Shown here: piece after piece, positions 11,996 to 25,188 of the stretch
Position numbering within the stretch: position 1 is the stretch's first letter
How the letters are laid out: each line of letters begins with the position of its first letter
From: Camelus ferus
Lineage: Eukaryota
Length of the DNA stretch: 64,000 nt
Reading direction: 5' to 3'
Assembly (NCBI RefSeq): GCF_009834535.1
Contig: NC_045697.1
Coordinates: 63,614,001-63,678,000, forward strand
The notes under the pieces: generated by a model
The model's input: the letters and a program-made list of their open reading frames with translations, nothing else
Database searches by the model: none
Told to the model about the DNA's origin: nothing
Made by a program: the position numbers and the translations under genes

Positions 11996-14091
11996 AAACA
12001 TGTATTTTATGAGACATTGATTCCTAATAAACCAATTCCTAGGTAGTGTATGTAAACTAAGATGGGCACTTCCTGGGGTGAACACTGCACAAAGGGAATC
12101 TTGTAAGATACTAGATGGATATACAGAAGTTAATAGTAATGATTGTTCTATTTCTTGAGCACTTAGTCCATGAGAATAAGTGCCAGGTTACTTGATCAGA
12201 TGTTAAGATCTGTTTTCTCTGATGCTAAAAAGAAACTACTAAGTAAATTCTTAAAAATAAACAGACTCCAAGAGGGTAAATTGTCCCAAGTTCACATTGC
12301 TAGTAAGTGGCAGACCTGGCCTTTCTTTTTCTTCTATTTGTAACTTACTTATGTCAGGCACTGTACTAAATGTTTATAGATCTTGCACCATTTTATTCTA
12401 AAAATAACAATAAGTACCCCCTATTTTTTAATGAGAAAACTAGGATTAATAGGATTAATTAACATGCCAAAGATAAATTAGAGACTATTACCTGGAACTT
12501 CCATATATAATCTGTGATCAGATGAAGGAATAGACCTCAAATTCCTAAGTTTTGTCTCTGCGGCTTTTCTCTTTTTCTTCTCTGATAGCAATCTGTCTTG
12601 TTTGTCTACCTCAGTTTACCCATATCTTGCATATCTTGACCTTAAATCCCAATACCTCTCTTCTTGCCTCTGACCTCTGAGCTCTTGACCCTAATTTTGC
12701 CATTTGATGCACTTTTTGTACTCTTGACCTCACTTCCACTTTTCTATGTGTTTCAGACTAATAACCCAGTTCAGACTGTCAATCATACCTTTTGCTTCAG
12801 CATTGGATCTGCCTATTCTTGTCTCTGAATTGTGTCCCAGCATGACAGCTCAGCAAAAAGGGCCCAAATCCCATCCCTTGGAGATAAGGAAATATTACAA
12901 TTTTGTAATAATTGGATACCTAATGCTGTGAGTTAGAATGGAAAGATACCTGAAATTACATTTCACAGGGCATGTCTGTTCACGTTATTTTCATTAATCA
13001 TTTCTTTTTAAGAAAGATTTCATTTAATACTTTTCTATGCAAAACACTGAGAAGCATGGTTCAGGAATACAGAGACAAAAATTAGACATTACTTAGAAAT
13101 GAATTCCCCCATTAAGAAAATTATACTGACTAGAGGAACTACATTGTAAAATAAAATGCCTTGTTTCTAACCTTTGCATCTCTCCTTTGCCCACAGTAGA
13201 GACATTTGATCTCTCACCTAATTTCTGGTGTCTCATCAGTCTATTTGTTGCCCCTACTTCTGTCCTACACAGTCTGCTCAGTGATACTTCCTACCTGAGA
13301 GCTCAATTTCACCTCATTCCTAACTACTCTGGACTGAAGCAGGAAGCAATTTTGTCTGATCTGCACTCTTCTCAGCCCAACACCAGTCTGGAGGAATTTA
13401 GTCGTGTCTTCCTCCTTTCTATTTTTCTGTGAACAAATGCCTCACTGCTGACCAGTGGGCTCTCATTTTGGTTGTGTCAAATGTTCACTTGCCCAGAATT
13501 CTTACTGGAAGAATGGAACCACTGTACCTGGAGTCCCGACTCTTGACTCCTTGCTACTGGAGCTGAAACTATGTTCCTATTCTTAACTGTTAGAAATCCC
13601 TAGACCCAGTCTAGTCTAAGAAGTTGTGAATACTTAGAACCTTAAGGTAATTAGACAGTGCTGTAAGTGCTTCACAAATACTTTAAGGGAAGTAGTATTA
13701 TAATCCCTGTTTTACAGGGAGGTAACTAAGGGATAAGTAAGGATGGCTATAGTCAGATCCTCCTCTACCTATCCAGTACCTGTCAAATGATTCTGCCTAA
13801 TTCAAGTATAGACCTTCTAGCTTGCCCCTTTCTCCTACTCATATATACATTTTTAAACATACGTACCGTGAGATAACAACTGTGAATCCAGTCAGCTACC
13901 AAAAAAGATCAACCATTATGTCGCCTGGTCCATCTTTCAGCATTTTACCTTATGAATGGGGCATGTAGGTACATGTGCATACCTGTAATAGATGCATGTG
14001 TGAAACTTACTGAAAATGCAACATTGTGTCCAAAGCAAAAAAAAACAACAAAAAAATTCAAAACTCTTCGTGCTACCATGCTACAAAATAT

Positions 14092-15838
14092 TAAAGATAT
14101 TGAATATAGTTCCCTGTGCTATACAGTAATAGGTCCTTGTTGTTTCTCTATTCTATATACAGTAGTGTGTATCTGTTAATCCCAAATTCCAAATTTATCC
14201 CTCCCCCTTTCTGCATAGATAGCTGTAAGCTTGTTTTCTATGTCTGAGTCTGTTTCTGTTTTGTAAGTAAGTTCACTTGTGTCATTTTTTAGATACCCCG
14301 CACAAGTGATATCATGTGGTGTTTGTCTTTCTCTGAGTGACTTGACTTAGTATAATGTCTACATCCATTCATGTTGCTGTAAATGACATTATTTCATTAT
14401 TTTTATGGTTGAGTAATATTCCATTGTGTGTATACATATATGCCATATGTATATATATACATACCACTTCCTTATCTATTCATTTGTCAATTGGATATTT
14501 AGGTTGGCTTCCACGTCTAGATTATTGTAAATAGTGCTGCTATGAATATTGGGGTGCATGTATCTTTTCAAATTAGAGTTTTCACAGGATATTTGCTCAG
14601 GAGTGGAATTGATTAATCATATGGTAGCTCTATTTTTAAGTTTTTAAGGAACTTTCATACTGTTTTCTATTGTGGCTGCACACAATTATATTCCCACCAA
14701 CAGTATAGGAGAGTTCCCTTTTCTTTACACTCTTCTCTAGCATTTATTATTTATAGACTTTTTGATGATGGCCATTCTGACCACTGTGAGGTGGTACCTC
14801 ATTGTGGTTTTGATTTGCATTTCTCTAATAATTAGTAATGTTGAGTCTTTTCATGTGCCTGTTGGTCATCTGTATATTTTCTTGGAGAAATGTCTATTTA
14901 AGTCTTCTACCCATTTTTTTGACTTGGTTTTTTTGTTTGGTTTTGTTTGATACCGAGTTATATGAGCTGTTTGCATATTTTAGAAATCCTTTGTCAATTG
15001 CATCATTTACAAATATTTTCTCCAAGTCTGTAGATTGTCTTGTTTTGTTTTGTTTATGGTTTCCTTTGCTGTGCTAAAACTTTTAAGTTTAATTAGGTCC
15101 CATTTGTTTTTTATTTCCATTACTCTAGGAGATGGACACAGAAAAATTTGCAATTTATGGCAAAGAATGTCCTGCCTATATTTTCCTCTAGGAGTTTTAT
15201 ACTATCCAGTCTTACATTTAGTCTTTTAATCCATTTTGAGTTTGTTTTCTTTGTATACAGTGTTAGAGAATGTTCTAATCTCATTCTTTTACATGTAGCT
15301 ATCCAGTTTTCCCAGCACCACTTATTGAAGAGACTGCCTTTTCTCCATTTTATATTCTTGCCTCCTTTGTTGAAGATTAATTGACTTTAAGTCTGTTGGT
15401 TTATTTCTGAGCTCTCTATTCTGTTTCATTGATCCATATATCTGTTTTTGTGCCAGTACCATACTGTTTTGATTACTGCAGCTTTGTAGGACAGTCTGAA
15501 GTCAGGGAGCGTGATTCCTCCAGCTCCATTCTTCTTTCTCAAGATTATTTTAGCTACTTTGGGTCTTTTGTGTTTCCATACAAATTTAAACATCTTTTGT
15601 TTCAGTTCTGTGAAAAATTCATTGGTAATTTGTTAGGGATTGCACTGAATTTGTAGATTGCCTTGGGTATAGTATGGCCATTTTAACAATGTTGATTCTT
15701 CCAATCCAAGAACGCAATATATCTTTCTATCTGTCTGTGTTGTCTTCAGTTTCTTTCATCAGCATCCTATAGTTTTTGGAGTACACGTTTTTGCTTCCTT
15801 AGGTATTTTATTCATTTGATGTGATGGTTTATGAGATT
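14092..15838 (-). mobile_element. 5'-truncated LINE-1 (ORF2 3' part + most of 3'UTR; extreme 3' end and polyA missing)
   Basis: Continuous antisense L1 sequence; ORFs 14762-15656 are typical antisense L1 translations. Confidence 0.95.
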
Positions 15839-17289
15839 AAAGCAGCATTTATTCAGTTATCCACTTAAATTTTAACTTAAAATGTTTAGATTCATAAATA
15901 TAAAATTCAAACTTACATGCATTTGCTGAATTTACTACTCAGCATAATAGAAATATATTACAATTAGAATAGATTAGAATATGCATAATAGACTTTAATA
16001 TCAATATAATGTAGAATTATCTTTGTTTGATCTTAAAGTTGACACTTGATTCCTGAAATTAATTAATTTGAATTGATCCCTTACTGTTAGTTTGATGGCA
16101 CTAACAAAAAAATAAGTAAGACCAGAAGAGTCAGTATTCATAGTGATTATCTAATCTCATTTCAGGAAAAAACATTGTTTAAAGTCCTTGTTCACTAGGC
16201 ATGTTTTCTGCCCTAATGAGAATTCATTCAGTTCTCACAACCTCTGAGGAAGGCTTTGTCTCCATTGGAGAAGAAGCTGTGATTTAGAGTGGTTCAGTAA
16301 TTTGTCCATGGTCAGATGGATGGTAAGTCATGGAATCAGGAATAGGCCCCAAGTTTTGCTAAATCACTGAGCATTCTGCAACATTTGTGTTCTTTCAACC
16401 TCTCAATTATGATGCAGTCTTTTAAAGTCCTTTTCCATGATACAAGATAAAAATAGTAAGATATATGTGAGCATGAGAAATGAAAGAGGGCAAGATTATT
16501 GATTTCTCTTTTGTTATAAAAATTGAAATGATGACTTTTACCAAATCATGGGCAAAACAATGAATAAGAACTTTTTACTTCCATATTTACTACACTATTT
16601 AAACAAAGCAGGAAAGAATATTAACTTCACTGCATTGGCTTAATTTTTATATAGGAATATCTCTAATCTCAATTTAATTTGACAGGAAATTAAAGGAGTA
16701 ATTGAAATTCTGAATATTTATATACCGTGAATCTTGTTTCTCAGAATGTGCCTCAGTGGGCCACATAACTGATCTTTTTAACTGCATGTAACTGTATTAC
16801 ATCTGGGATAAATGTAAGGCTTGTAATATGCATTTGAAATATGTAATGTTTAAGCAAGGAATGTATCATAATGTACATACAGATGACAGAATATTAAGAA
16901 ACAGCAAAAGACAGGATATCTTCGGGTACTACCTTCCAATATCTGGGTAGTTTTACAGACATAAAAGGATTATTTTTTATACTTACTTTAGCCAGAGTGT
17001 GCATGTTTTTAATATACAGCTATTTTAAAGTTTATTTATTCACTTTTGGATAATGAAAAATTCCAGTAGTCACTGAAGGCAGTTTATTAGTATTAATGAT
17101 AATATAGCCAGAGTAGCATGAAAGGAACAAGTTATAACATGAATTTAGGTAATTATATAATATTCTCTTTAAGAAAAGCAAAAATAATTTTTAAAATCTG
17201 AATGCTGTTAATTTTTTGGTAAAATGTAAATCATACTGGATTTTAATACATTGCTAACCACTCAGATTTTAATTTTAAATATATATTTT

Positions 17290-17644
17290 TGTATATCTAT
17301 ATATGTTTATTGAAATATATAGTCAGTTTACAATGTTGTGTCAATTTCTGGTGTACAGCATATTATTTCAGTCATACATGACCATACATACATATGTTCC
17401 TTTTCATATTCTTTTTCACCATAAGTTACTATAATGTACTGAATATAGTTCCCTGTGCTATACAGTATAAACTTGTTGTTTATCTATTTTATGTATAGTA
17501 GTTAGTATCTGCAAATCTCGAACTCCCAGTTTATCCCTTCCCACCCCCTTCCTCCTCTGGTAACCATAAGTTTGTTTTCTATGTCTGAGTTTGTTTCTGC
17601 TTTGTAAATAAGTTCATTTTTGTCTTTTTTAAAAATATTTTAAA
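17290..17644 (-). mobile_element. Short LINE-1 3'UTR insertion
   Basis: Same 3'UTR as 8755-9060; TSD TTTAAATATRTATTTT at 17274-17289 and 17645-17660, the latter followed by AA (TTTT/AA endonuclease site). Confidence 0.9.
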
Positions 17645-17934
17645 TTTAAATATGTATTTTAATGAGTAATTGTTATTACATATTTGCAGTTGTATTGAAA
17701 AGTCCTTACCAATCTATTTTCATCTATTGTTCTATTTGAAGGTATTTGTGGATGCTAACATTGACTTTAAAATTATGAAATAAATCTGACCTGAAGATCT
17801 GTTGCATAGCATCTTGAATCTGAGGATGCTATATAACAGAATCCTGGGACCAGGATTTTCAGTCTCTGAATTATGGAAATTGATACAGATGATAGATAAG
17901 TAGACACAGGCACGGATATAATTTTTTTAGTATC

Positions 17935-18338
17935 TGTTATGGATTTTTTTGGGTCCCCCCCCCCCAAATTCATATGTAGGAGTCCTAACTCCCAGTACTT
18001 TATAATGTGATGGTATTTGGAGGTTGGGCCTTTGAAGAAGTAATTAGGGTTGAACGAAGTACTTTAAATGAGGTGGGGCCCTCATCTCACGTGACTAGTA
18101 TTTTATAAGAAGAGGAAGATAGGCCAGGGTTGCTCATGCGCAGAGAAAAGGCCTTTTGAGCACACAGCATAAAGGCAGTAATCTGCAAGCCAAGAAGAGA
18201 AACCTTAAGGGAAACCAAACCAACTGATTACCTTGATCTTTCACTTCTAGCCTCCAGAACTGTGTGGAAATGAGTTTGTGTCATATAAGCCACCCATTCT
18301 GTAATATTTTGTTGTGGTGGAACTAGCAAACGAATATA
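17935..18338 (+). mobile_element. MaLR solo LTR (MLT1A/B-like)
   Basis: TGTTATGGA...CCCCAAATTCATATGT...GTATTTGGAGGTTGGGCCTTTG...CTTCTAGCCTCCAGAACTGTG; flanks GTATC/GTCTC give a near-perfect 5-bp TSD. Confidence 0.9.
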
Positions 18339-18589
18339 GTCTCTTACCGTATATTGAAAGATTCAAATAAAAATTCTGTAGAACTTTGAAAGTTAGGAGT
18401 TACCGTCGGATGTTTTACTTTCTCCTCATTTTGTTATTTGGGTAAGGATTTAATTCTGCCATTTATTAACTTTGTGACCTTAAATATCTCACTAAACTTC
18501 ACTTGTATGGGTAACTTCATTTTAAAAAGTTACATGTTTATCTCTGAAATTGGTTCTTTGCTCTAAAATTTTCTATTTTCAGTATTGCA

Positions 18590-19260
18590 AACATAATAAG
18601 TGTATACAAGGCAACTAACCTAAGGAAAATATTTGCCACTGATTATGGCAGGTGGTGTTGATATCTTAGTTTATATTAAAAGGCAGTACACATTATTAGA
18701 AAAAGGTATTGAGAATCAAAATAATAAATTGGAGAAGGGAATGAATGTATGATGTAAGAAAAATACATTTAAATATGATTAAGAAAAAGTGAAAAAATGT
18801 TGTCATCCAAATGCAGATAAAACAAGGTTTCATTTTTCATATACAACATTTGAAATATTCAAAATTTAGTTGTAGAACATACGATATATTTACTGCTACT
18901 GTAAGAATAATTAGCATTAATTTCTTGTCAAGTAATTGACAGTAGGAATCAGGATTAAAAGAAATATTCACAGCTTTCAACTCCATAATTATATTTCTGG
19001 AGATCTGTCTTAAAATATAAACCAAAATAGTATAAACACTTTAAGATTAAAATCATGACTGTAGCATTATTTATAATAGTAAAAACTAGAAAAATCCAGG
19101 GATGCAGCCGTAAGTGAATATTTAAATAAAGCTTGTTATGGTAATTTTGGAAATAAATAAAAATAAAGCAGATGCATCAAGGGAAATACTGCTGGAGAAT
19201 ACAAACTATTATGTTATCAGCAGTTATAGGTGATTAAAATGTGGCTGATTATTTTCTCCA
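18590..19260 (+). mobile_element. Very old L1M ORF2/3' remnant
   Basis: A-rich degenerate L1 motifs (GAAAATATTTGC..., GTAGCATTATTTATAATAGTAAAAACTAGAAA). Confidence 0.5.
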
Positions 19261-19289
19261 TAAGCTTTTAAACATTTTCAAGTTTTCTG

Positions 19290-20005
19290 ACTATTCCTTC
19301 TTGCAACATACCCAGTTAATTTCTGACCCAAAACCATTTTACATTTCTTTCTTACTAACAAAACCCTGAGTATTTTAGAGAAGCATATGCCCAGCTAAAA
19401 AAACTAATTTAGCTTCCTTTAACGATAATGATGATTACATCAGACAGTTGTACTTGATGAAATATAAGCAGAAGAGATTGAATGAGGCGTCCAAGAAATT
19501 TCTTTAAAATGGATTGGTCTTTTATGGCAGCCACCTTTTATTTTCTGTCCTTCCCCTCTTCATACCTGGAATTAAAATACGATACTGGATGTGAAACAAC
19601 CAACTCGTGACCACAAGACCACAGATAGGATTCTAAAATCCCACGCCAAGGAAGGCTTAGCAGAAAGACAGAAAGCATCTGTATTTCTCATATCATTTTG
19701 GATACTGCTCCAGCCCTGAGCTACCTACTTCCAGACTTTTTTTTGAGGTGATCAATGTGTTGATTATTACTTTTTTTACTGAAGAATAGTCAATTACAAT
19801 GTGCCCATTTCTGGTGTACAGCACAATTTCTCAGTCAGGCATTTACATACATATATTCATTTTCATATTCTTTTCCATTGGTTATTACAAGATATTGAAT
19901 ATAGTTCCCTGTGCTAAATAGAAGAAACTTTTTTTTTTCTTAAGGGACAAAAATTCATTCCTAATTTGTTTAAGCCATTGTTTAATTATGGTTTCTGATG
20001 CTTCC
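19290..20005 (+). mobile_element. Old MaLR LTR (MLT1-type) interrupted by an L1 3' fragment
   Basis: MLT1-like motifs (CCAGCCCTGAGCTACCTACTTCCAGACTT...TTGTTTAAGCCATTG...GCAATCCCTGACA). Confidence 0.6.
19770..19925 (-). mobile_element. Very short LINE-1 3' end
   Basis: TTTACTGAAGAATAGTCAATTACAATG...GATATTGAATATAGTTCCCTGTGCT, same as the other L1 3' ends in the window. Confidence 0.85.
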
Positions 20006-20239
20006 AGCTAAAAGCAATCCCTGACATCTTTATATATGTATTGCATACATACATATAGATATTATTTATTTTGTATATTTTATATATTTAAATTGATTAG
20101 ATAAGTTTCTAAAAACTATAAAAATACACATTTGCAATTATATATATACGTATATGTATATATAAACAGATAGGAGTACACTTGACAGAGACAGAACTAT
20201 ACACAAAGTATATGTATATATAGGTATGTAGTTTTTTCA

Positions 20240-20400
20240 AGATTTAGCTCAAAGCAAGTCACTTAATCATTTATATCTTAGATTCCTCACTGTTAATAGG
20301 AGGATAATGGTAGTATTTTCCTTGTATTTGTGTGTGTGTGTGAATTTAAATACTTAGAACAGTATTAGAAGTTTATGAAGTTCTCCATAAATGCTGTATC
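20240..20400 (+). mobile_element. MIR remnant
   Basis: GCAAGTCACTTAA...TTCCTCACTGTTAATAGGAGGATAATGGTAGTA resembles the MIR core. Confidence 0.55.
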
Positions 20401-21111
20401 TAAATCATGGTTTGCAGTCAACTTGCATAATAGATCCTAATCTGCCATGTTAAAGATACCTCTCAGGAATTTATCTTTCCAAAATGTCTATTATTTTCTT
20501 TTCTTTTTCATTGCTTCATTAAATCTGCAGTTAATATATTTATGTCACATGAGTCTAATTTAGATTCAAGGTATAATGCTGAATTTCCTAACATAGCTTC
20601 TCAATATGAAAAAAAAAATTTCTTTAGTATGAACAAAAATGAGTCAGAATGAGATTGAAATTGTGATCTCCAAATTAGCTTTGTGTTGAGGATCTATAGA
20701 TTGTAACTTAGTCTGTCTCTCTGTTAGGTTAGAGATGTTTCCTGGGGAAATGTGAAGTTTACATATTTTCAGTGCATGATTTGTAAAGATGCCACTGATG
20801 GGAATTATTTATGTGATAGTCTTTAGAAAGCTTACGTGATAAACTTCAGTTCTTAAAAGATTTTACTTCAAAAACTGTTCTCTGAATTTTGTTTTCTGTT
20901 TTATCAGAAACCTTTTAATGTCACATATTTAAATTTTAAGAATATTGAAAGCAAGATTAATTGTCTATTAAATTAAACGTTAAGTAGAATCATAAATGTA
21001 TTCTGGAAGAGAAAAAACAACAAACAACTACTTATACGCATTTAAGTATTTTAAATTTGTATTTTTGAAAGCACAGCCAATTGGACACCTGTATAGTCAC
21101 CAAAACTACCC

Positions 21112-21197
21112 TATTTATTTATTTATTTATTTATTTATTCATTCATTCATTCATTCATTCATTCACTCATTCATTCACTCATTCATTCATTCATTCA
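21112..21197. repeat. (TTTA)n(TTCA)n compound microsatellite, tail of a minus-strand L2
   Basis: Tandem tetramers read directly; followed by TTTATTGAGGGCTTA, an antisense L2 3' end. Confidence 0.9.
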
Positions 21198-21399
21198 CTC
21201 CTTAAAGCTTTATTGAGGGCTTATCATGTATTAAGCCTTCTAGGTGATAAGGATGAATAGAACAGATAAAGACCTATTCTTGTGGAGTTTATTTGCTGAC
21301 ATATTTTATATTTAAATGTAATGTACTTACTCATTTTCCAAAATAGGTGTTAGGAAAAATGTTTCCAAATTTGTTAATATGGTGTGTGTGGCATATTCC

Positions 21400-22600
21400 A
21401 CTTGCTCATTTATTTGTTCTTTCTGCAAGTATTTATTGATTATCTAATACGAATGAAGTACTTATAATAGTTATTTAGGTGATTCACAAAGACACTTGAG
21501 GCTACACTTTTCTGCCCTCTGCCATGTGAGTTGCTTTGGCAAATAAAATGTGAGTGGGAGTCATGAGTTTTGTTACTTATGAGTAGATTTAAAGGTCAAA
21601 GTGATTCTGAACGATGGGGCAAATGGGGCCTCCATTTAGCCTGTGTGATTGAGTGACTGTGATGCATAGAGCTCCGTTCCAGATTTCACATTGCCTTGTA
21701 GACTAAGGTAAAACGTTTTCACTGCGTTAAGCCATGAAATGCTGAAATTGTTTTTGTGAGTGAGGCATAACTTAACATATGCTGACTGCTACAGCACCAT
21801 TCTGGGTGCTGAGGCTGTAATAAGTGAGCAAAGCAGATAAAGTACCTGCCTACATGGACCTTATGTTCAAGCAAAGAAATTAAAAATTGAATATAATAAC
21901 GATAAATTGATTTATAACATGATGACAGTGAAAAGTGCATTAGGATAAAGTTTAGTAAAGAGTTATAGAATGGTAGTGGATTCTATTTTAGATGGAATGA
22001 TCAGGAAAGCGGTTTTTGCAGAGATCTGATTTAGAGGACATCCCTCAGGGAATGCACTAGCAACTGTGTTGCAACAGGACCAGCACACAGGTTCTAAACA
22101 CAAACTATGGGTGCAGACTGTACCCCCCATGCACTAGCTCTTGTAAATATCTGGAGAAACAGTAAGGAAATGGGGAGGCTCTGAGGCAAGAGAGTGGTCC
22201 ATGTGAACAACGTGGAGCCCAATGTGCTTACAGTAGACTGAGGAAGGGGGAGACTTGTAGGAGGTGAGAATTTAAAGGTTGTGTGAATGCACAGGTCAAA
22301 TAAAGCCTCATAGGCCTTGGAAACAAGTGAGAAAAAAAAATGTTGAACACAGGAATGATATGATTTGACATAAGAGTTTAAAAGATCACCTTGACTTCTT
22401 GGCAGAGAATAACCCAGAAGGGCAAGGGTGGCAGCAGAGAGACCATTAGGACACTGTGGTGGTCCTGGGAAATTGTGTTTGAGCCAACACAAAGTGTCAA
22501 AATAAGAATATTTGAAGATTGAGCCAACAGGGTTGCTTTGACACTGTGATTATGAGATGAAGGGAACAGGGGGGTGTAAGAACAGATTAACGACAAAGCC
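21400..22600 (-). mobile_element. L2 remnant interrupted by an old MLT1-type LTR (~21490-21790)
   Basis: Purine-rich antisense L2 motifs (TTTAAAAGATCACCTTGACT..., GAAGATTGAGCCAACAGGGTTGCT); the MLT1-like piece ends GTTAAGCCATGAAATG...TGACTGCTACA. Confidence 0.6.
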
Positions 22601-22747
22601 TTGTCCTAGATGAAGGAATGTGAGGATGACTGTCTGGAACAAAAAGAATGAGAAATTAGATCTCATGCTGAATTCCACAACAGAGTTGACCTTGATCTAG
22701 ATTAAGGGGCTAATACTCTATCACAGTTATTCCTTCCTCTCAAGGAG

Positions 22748-23697
22748 TGTTGTCTAAGATTCATATAGTGCACACTGTTGTTGATATCCCACCCCTAACC
22801 TCTCGACAAGTTACCATTTCCGTGCTCTTGGTCCAACTCCCAGTCAGCCAGCACCTTTGCCTGAGGGCTGTACAGGTAGATGCAAAGTGCCAGGGAATTA
22901 ATTCTCTCAAGGGGAAAACCCTCAAACAATTTCTTACAGAATTTGGGTAAATAACTCAGCTCCCTAACCTCTTGGGCAGAATAACTCTGAGGTACTCATT
23001 TCACATGGGCACCTAGAGCTTCCTGGTGGGATTAAGCTCCAATTTTCCAGTTAGGTAATATGTTTGAAAATGTACCTTGTATGTGTTTTTTTTTTCCCTT
23101 CCCTGAGTCACCTGTCTATTCCCTGATGGTATTTCCTAGTGTTAGCTCCCTTCAATAAACTATTGGCAGGTATTTCTTGACTTATAGCATGTTAGTGTCC
23201 CTATAAACCCATTATAAATTGAAAATATCATAAGTCAAAAGTGGATTTAATACACCTAACCTACCAAACATCATAGCTTAGCCCAGCCTACTTTAAATGT
23301 ACTCACAACACTTCCATTAGCCTACATTTGGGGAAAATTATTTAATAATAACTATTGAATACATCATGTAATTTACTGCATACAGTGCTGAAAGTGAAAA
23401 ACAGAGTGGTTGTATGGAAAGAGAATGGTTGTAAGTGTATCAGTTGTTTACCTTCATGATCCTGTGGCTGATGGGGAGCTGTGGCATCTACCCAGCATCA
23501 CAGAGAGCATTGTACCACATATCACTAGCCCAGGAAAAGATCAAAATTCAAATATTGAAGTATGGTTTCTACTGAATGTGCATGGCTTTCCGACAGTTAA
23601 GTCAAAAAATTGTAAGACGAATCTCCCTAAGTCAGGGCCTGTCTGTACTCAAATCCTTTTCTCAGGATCTGCTTCTAGAGAAACCCAAATTAAGACA
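22748..23697 (+). mobile_element. ERVL LTR16-like solo LTR, split by a Tigger element
   Basis: GGGATTAAGCTCCA...AATAAACTA [insert] CTCAAATCCTTTTCTCAGGATCTGCTTCTAGAGAAACCCAAATTAAGACA, the LTR16 3' end pattern. Confidence 0.75.
23167..23645 (+). mobile_element. MER47/Tigger5-family Tc-mariner non-autonomous element
   Basis: TTAATACACCTAACCTACCAAACATCATAGCTTAGCC...GAAGTATGGTTTCTACTGAATG; imperfect TIRs CAGGTATTTCTTGACTTA / TAAGTCAGGGCCTGTCTG followed by TA. Confidence 0.88.
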
Positions 23698-24466
23698 GTT
23701 CATACACAAAAAAAATGTTATTGAAGTTGAATATTTTCTTAAAAATCAATGGTTTTACTTAGAGTGAGTCAACATTTACTGATGGTGCATAGGTACAATA
23801 TTGCAAAGACTCTCACATTTAATCTTCAAAGCATATTTATAGAGTATACAATAATTTATATAGTAAATTTGGAAATTATTCATTTGGGTTGCTAGAGAAG
23901 GAAGTAATTATTTAAACAGAAGTTTCAAACATGATAAGGCAAGAGTTCTTTTTTTTTTTTTTTTTCTGTTTTATTTACTAATGAATTCCAATGACCTAGA
24001 AGAGTCCTTGGCATATACATGCACTTAATGAGTATTTTAAAGAACACTTAAACTAAAAATAGTTCATCTCCACCTGGGGCGGATGTTGTTTTTGATAGGG
24101 AACCCAGACTCAAGAGGGCACCTATTTGAGCTATAAAGGAGAAAGGAGTTTCCAAGCAAGCTGCAGAGATCAAGTGAAGCAGTCAGTGGAACAGCACGTA
24201 TAAGATCCCTCAGTGTTGTGGATGTTGTACATGCTTTAGAGTTGTTTTAGCTAAGACTCAGAGTAGTGAAACAATGTGTTCACAGTCTCAAGACTGATAA
24301 ATAAAAAAGACTAGATTTGAGCTCACACTTGTCTCTCCCTCCCCTCACCTTAACGTTATCTTGAACTCTTCTTGAGAATTGGCCAAGGTTTGGCAGTTAC
24401 GCTTTAGAAAACCTGGGTGTAAGACTATGTTTTTATAACAGAGACTTTTTTTTTTTTTTTGACAAG

Positions 24467-24781
24467 TGCCTTAGTCAGCTTGGGCTGCTATAAATAATAA
24501 CCATAAATTGGATGGCTTAAACAACAAACATTTATTTCTCATAGTTCTAGAGGTTGGGAAGAGCCTTCTTCCTGGTTTGCAGGCAGCAAGTGTATCTTTA
24601 CGTGGTGGAGAAAGAAAGAGCTCTGGATTCTTCTTCCAGTTCCATCGTGGGAGCTCCACCCTCATGACCTGATCTAAACCTAATTACCTCCCAAAGACCC
24701 CGCCTCCAAATACCATTCCACTGGGGATTAGGTCTTCAACCTATGAATCTGCGGAAGGACACAAATCTTCAGTCTATAGCA
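24467..24781 (-). mobile_element. MaLR solo LTR (MLT1A-like)
   Basis: CTTAGTCAGCTTGGGCTGCTATAA...GGCTTAAACAACAAACATTTATTTCTCATAGTTCT...CAGTCTATAGCA. Confidence 0.88.
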
Positions 24782-25156
24782 ATTAGCATAAATTTACAGG
24801 ATAGTTTCAATATTACTTCTCATTGTAATCCGGAACCAAAATGAGAAAAAAGAATTCTAGAATAGATCCAATGGGATGATGGGAAAGGAAAGGCAGGTAC
24901 TTACTCTTCCATGTTCTAACAAGTAAATGGCAATACATGAACAAAAAGTCTTGCAAAATATGATAAATTACAACATACTTTAAAAAAAATCTGAAATAAA
25001 CAAGTAGCCATCAGCAAAGAGGATAAAATTCAACTAGCAGGTGCTCCCACAAAGGTGAAAAGAGGGTTTTCCTTTGAAGAGACTGGAAAATGTAAGAAAA
25101 AAATCTTCTCTAATAAGACTTTTATAATAGGTTCCTGAGACTTGAGACCCTACAGC

Positions 25157-25188
25157 CAAAACAAAACAAAACAAAGCAAAACAAAAAA
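25157..25188. repeat. (CAAAA)n microsatellite
   Basis: Tandem pentamers read directly. Confidence 0.85.

Noticed and set aside
22094..22492. Longest ORF in the track (132 aa)
   Set aside because: Inside a degraded L2; no recognisable RT motifs or host-protein similarity
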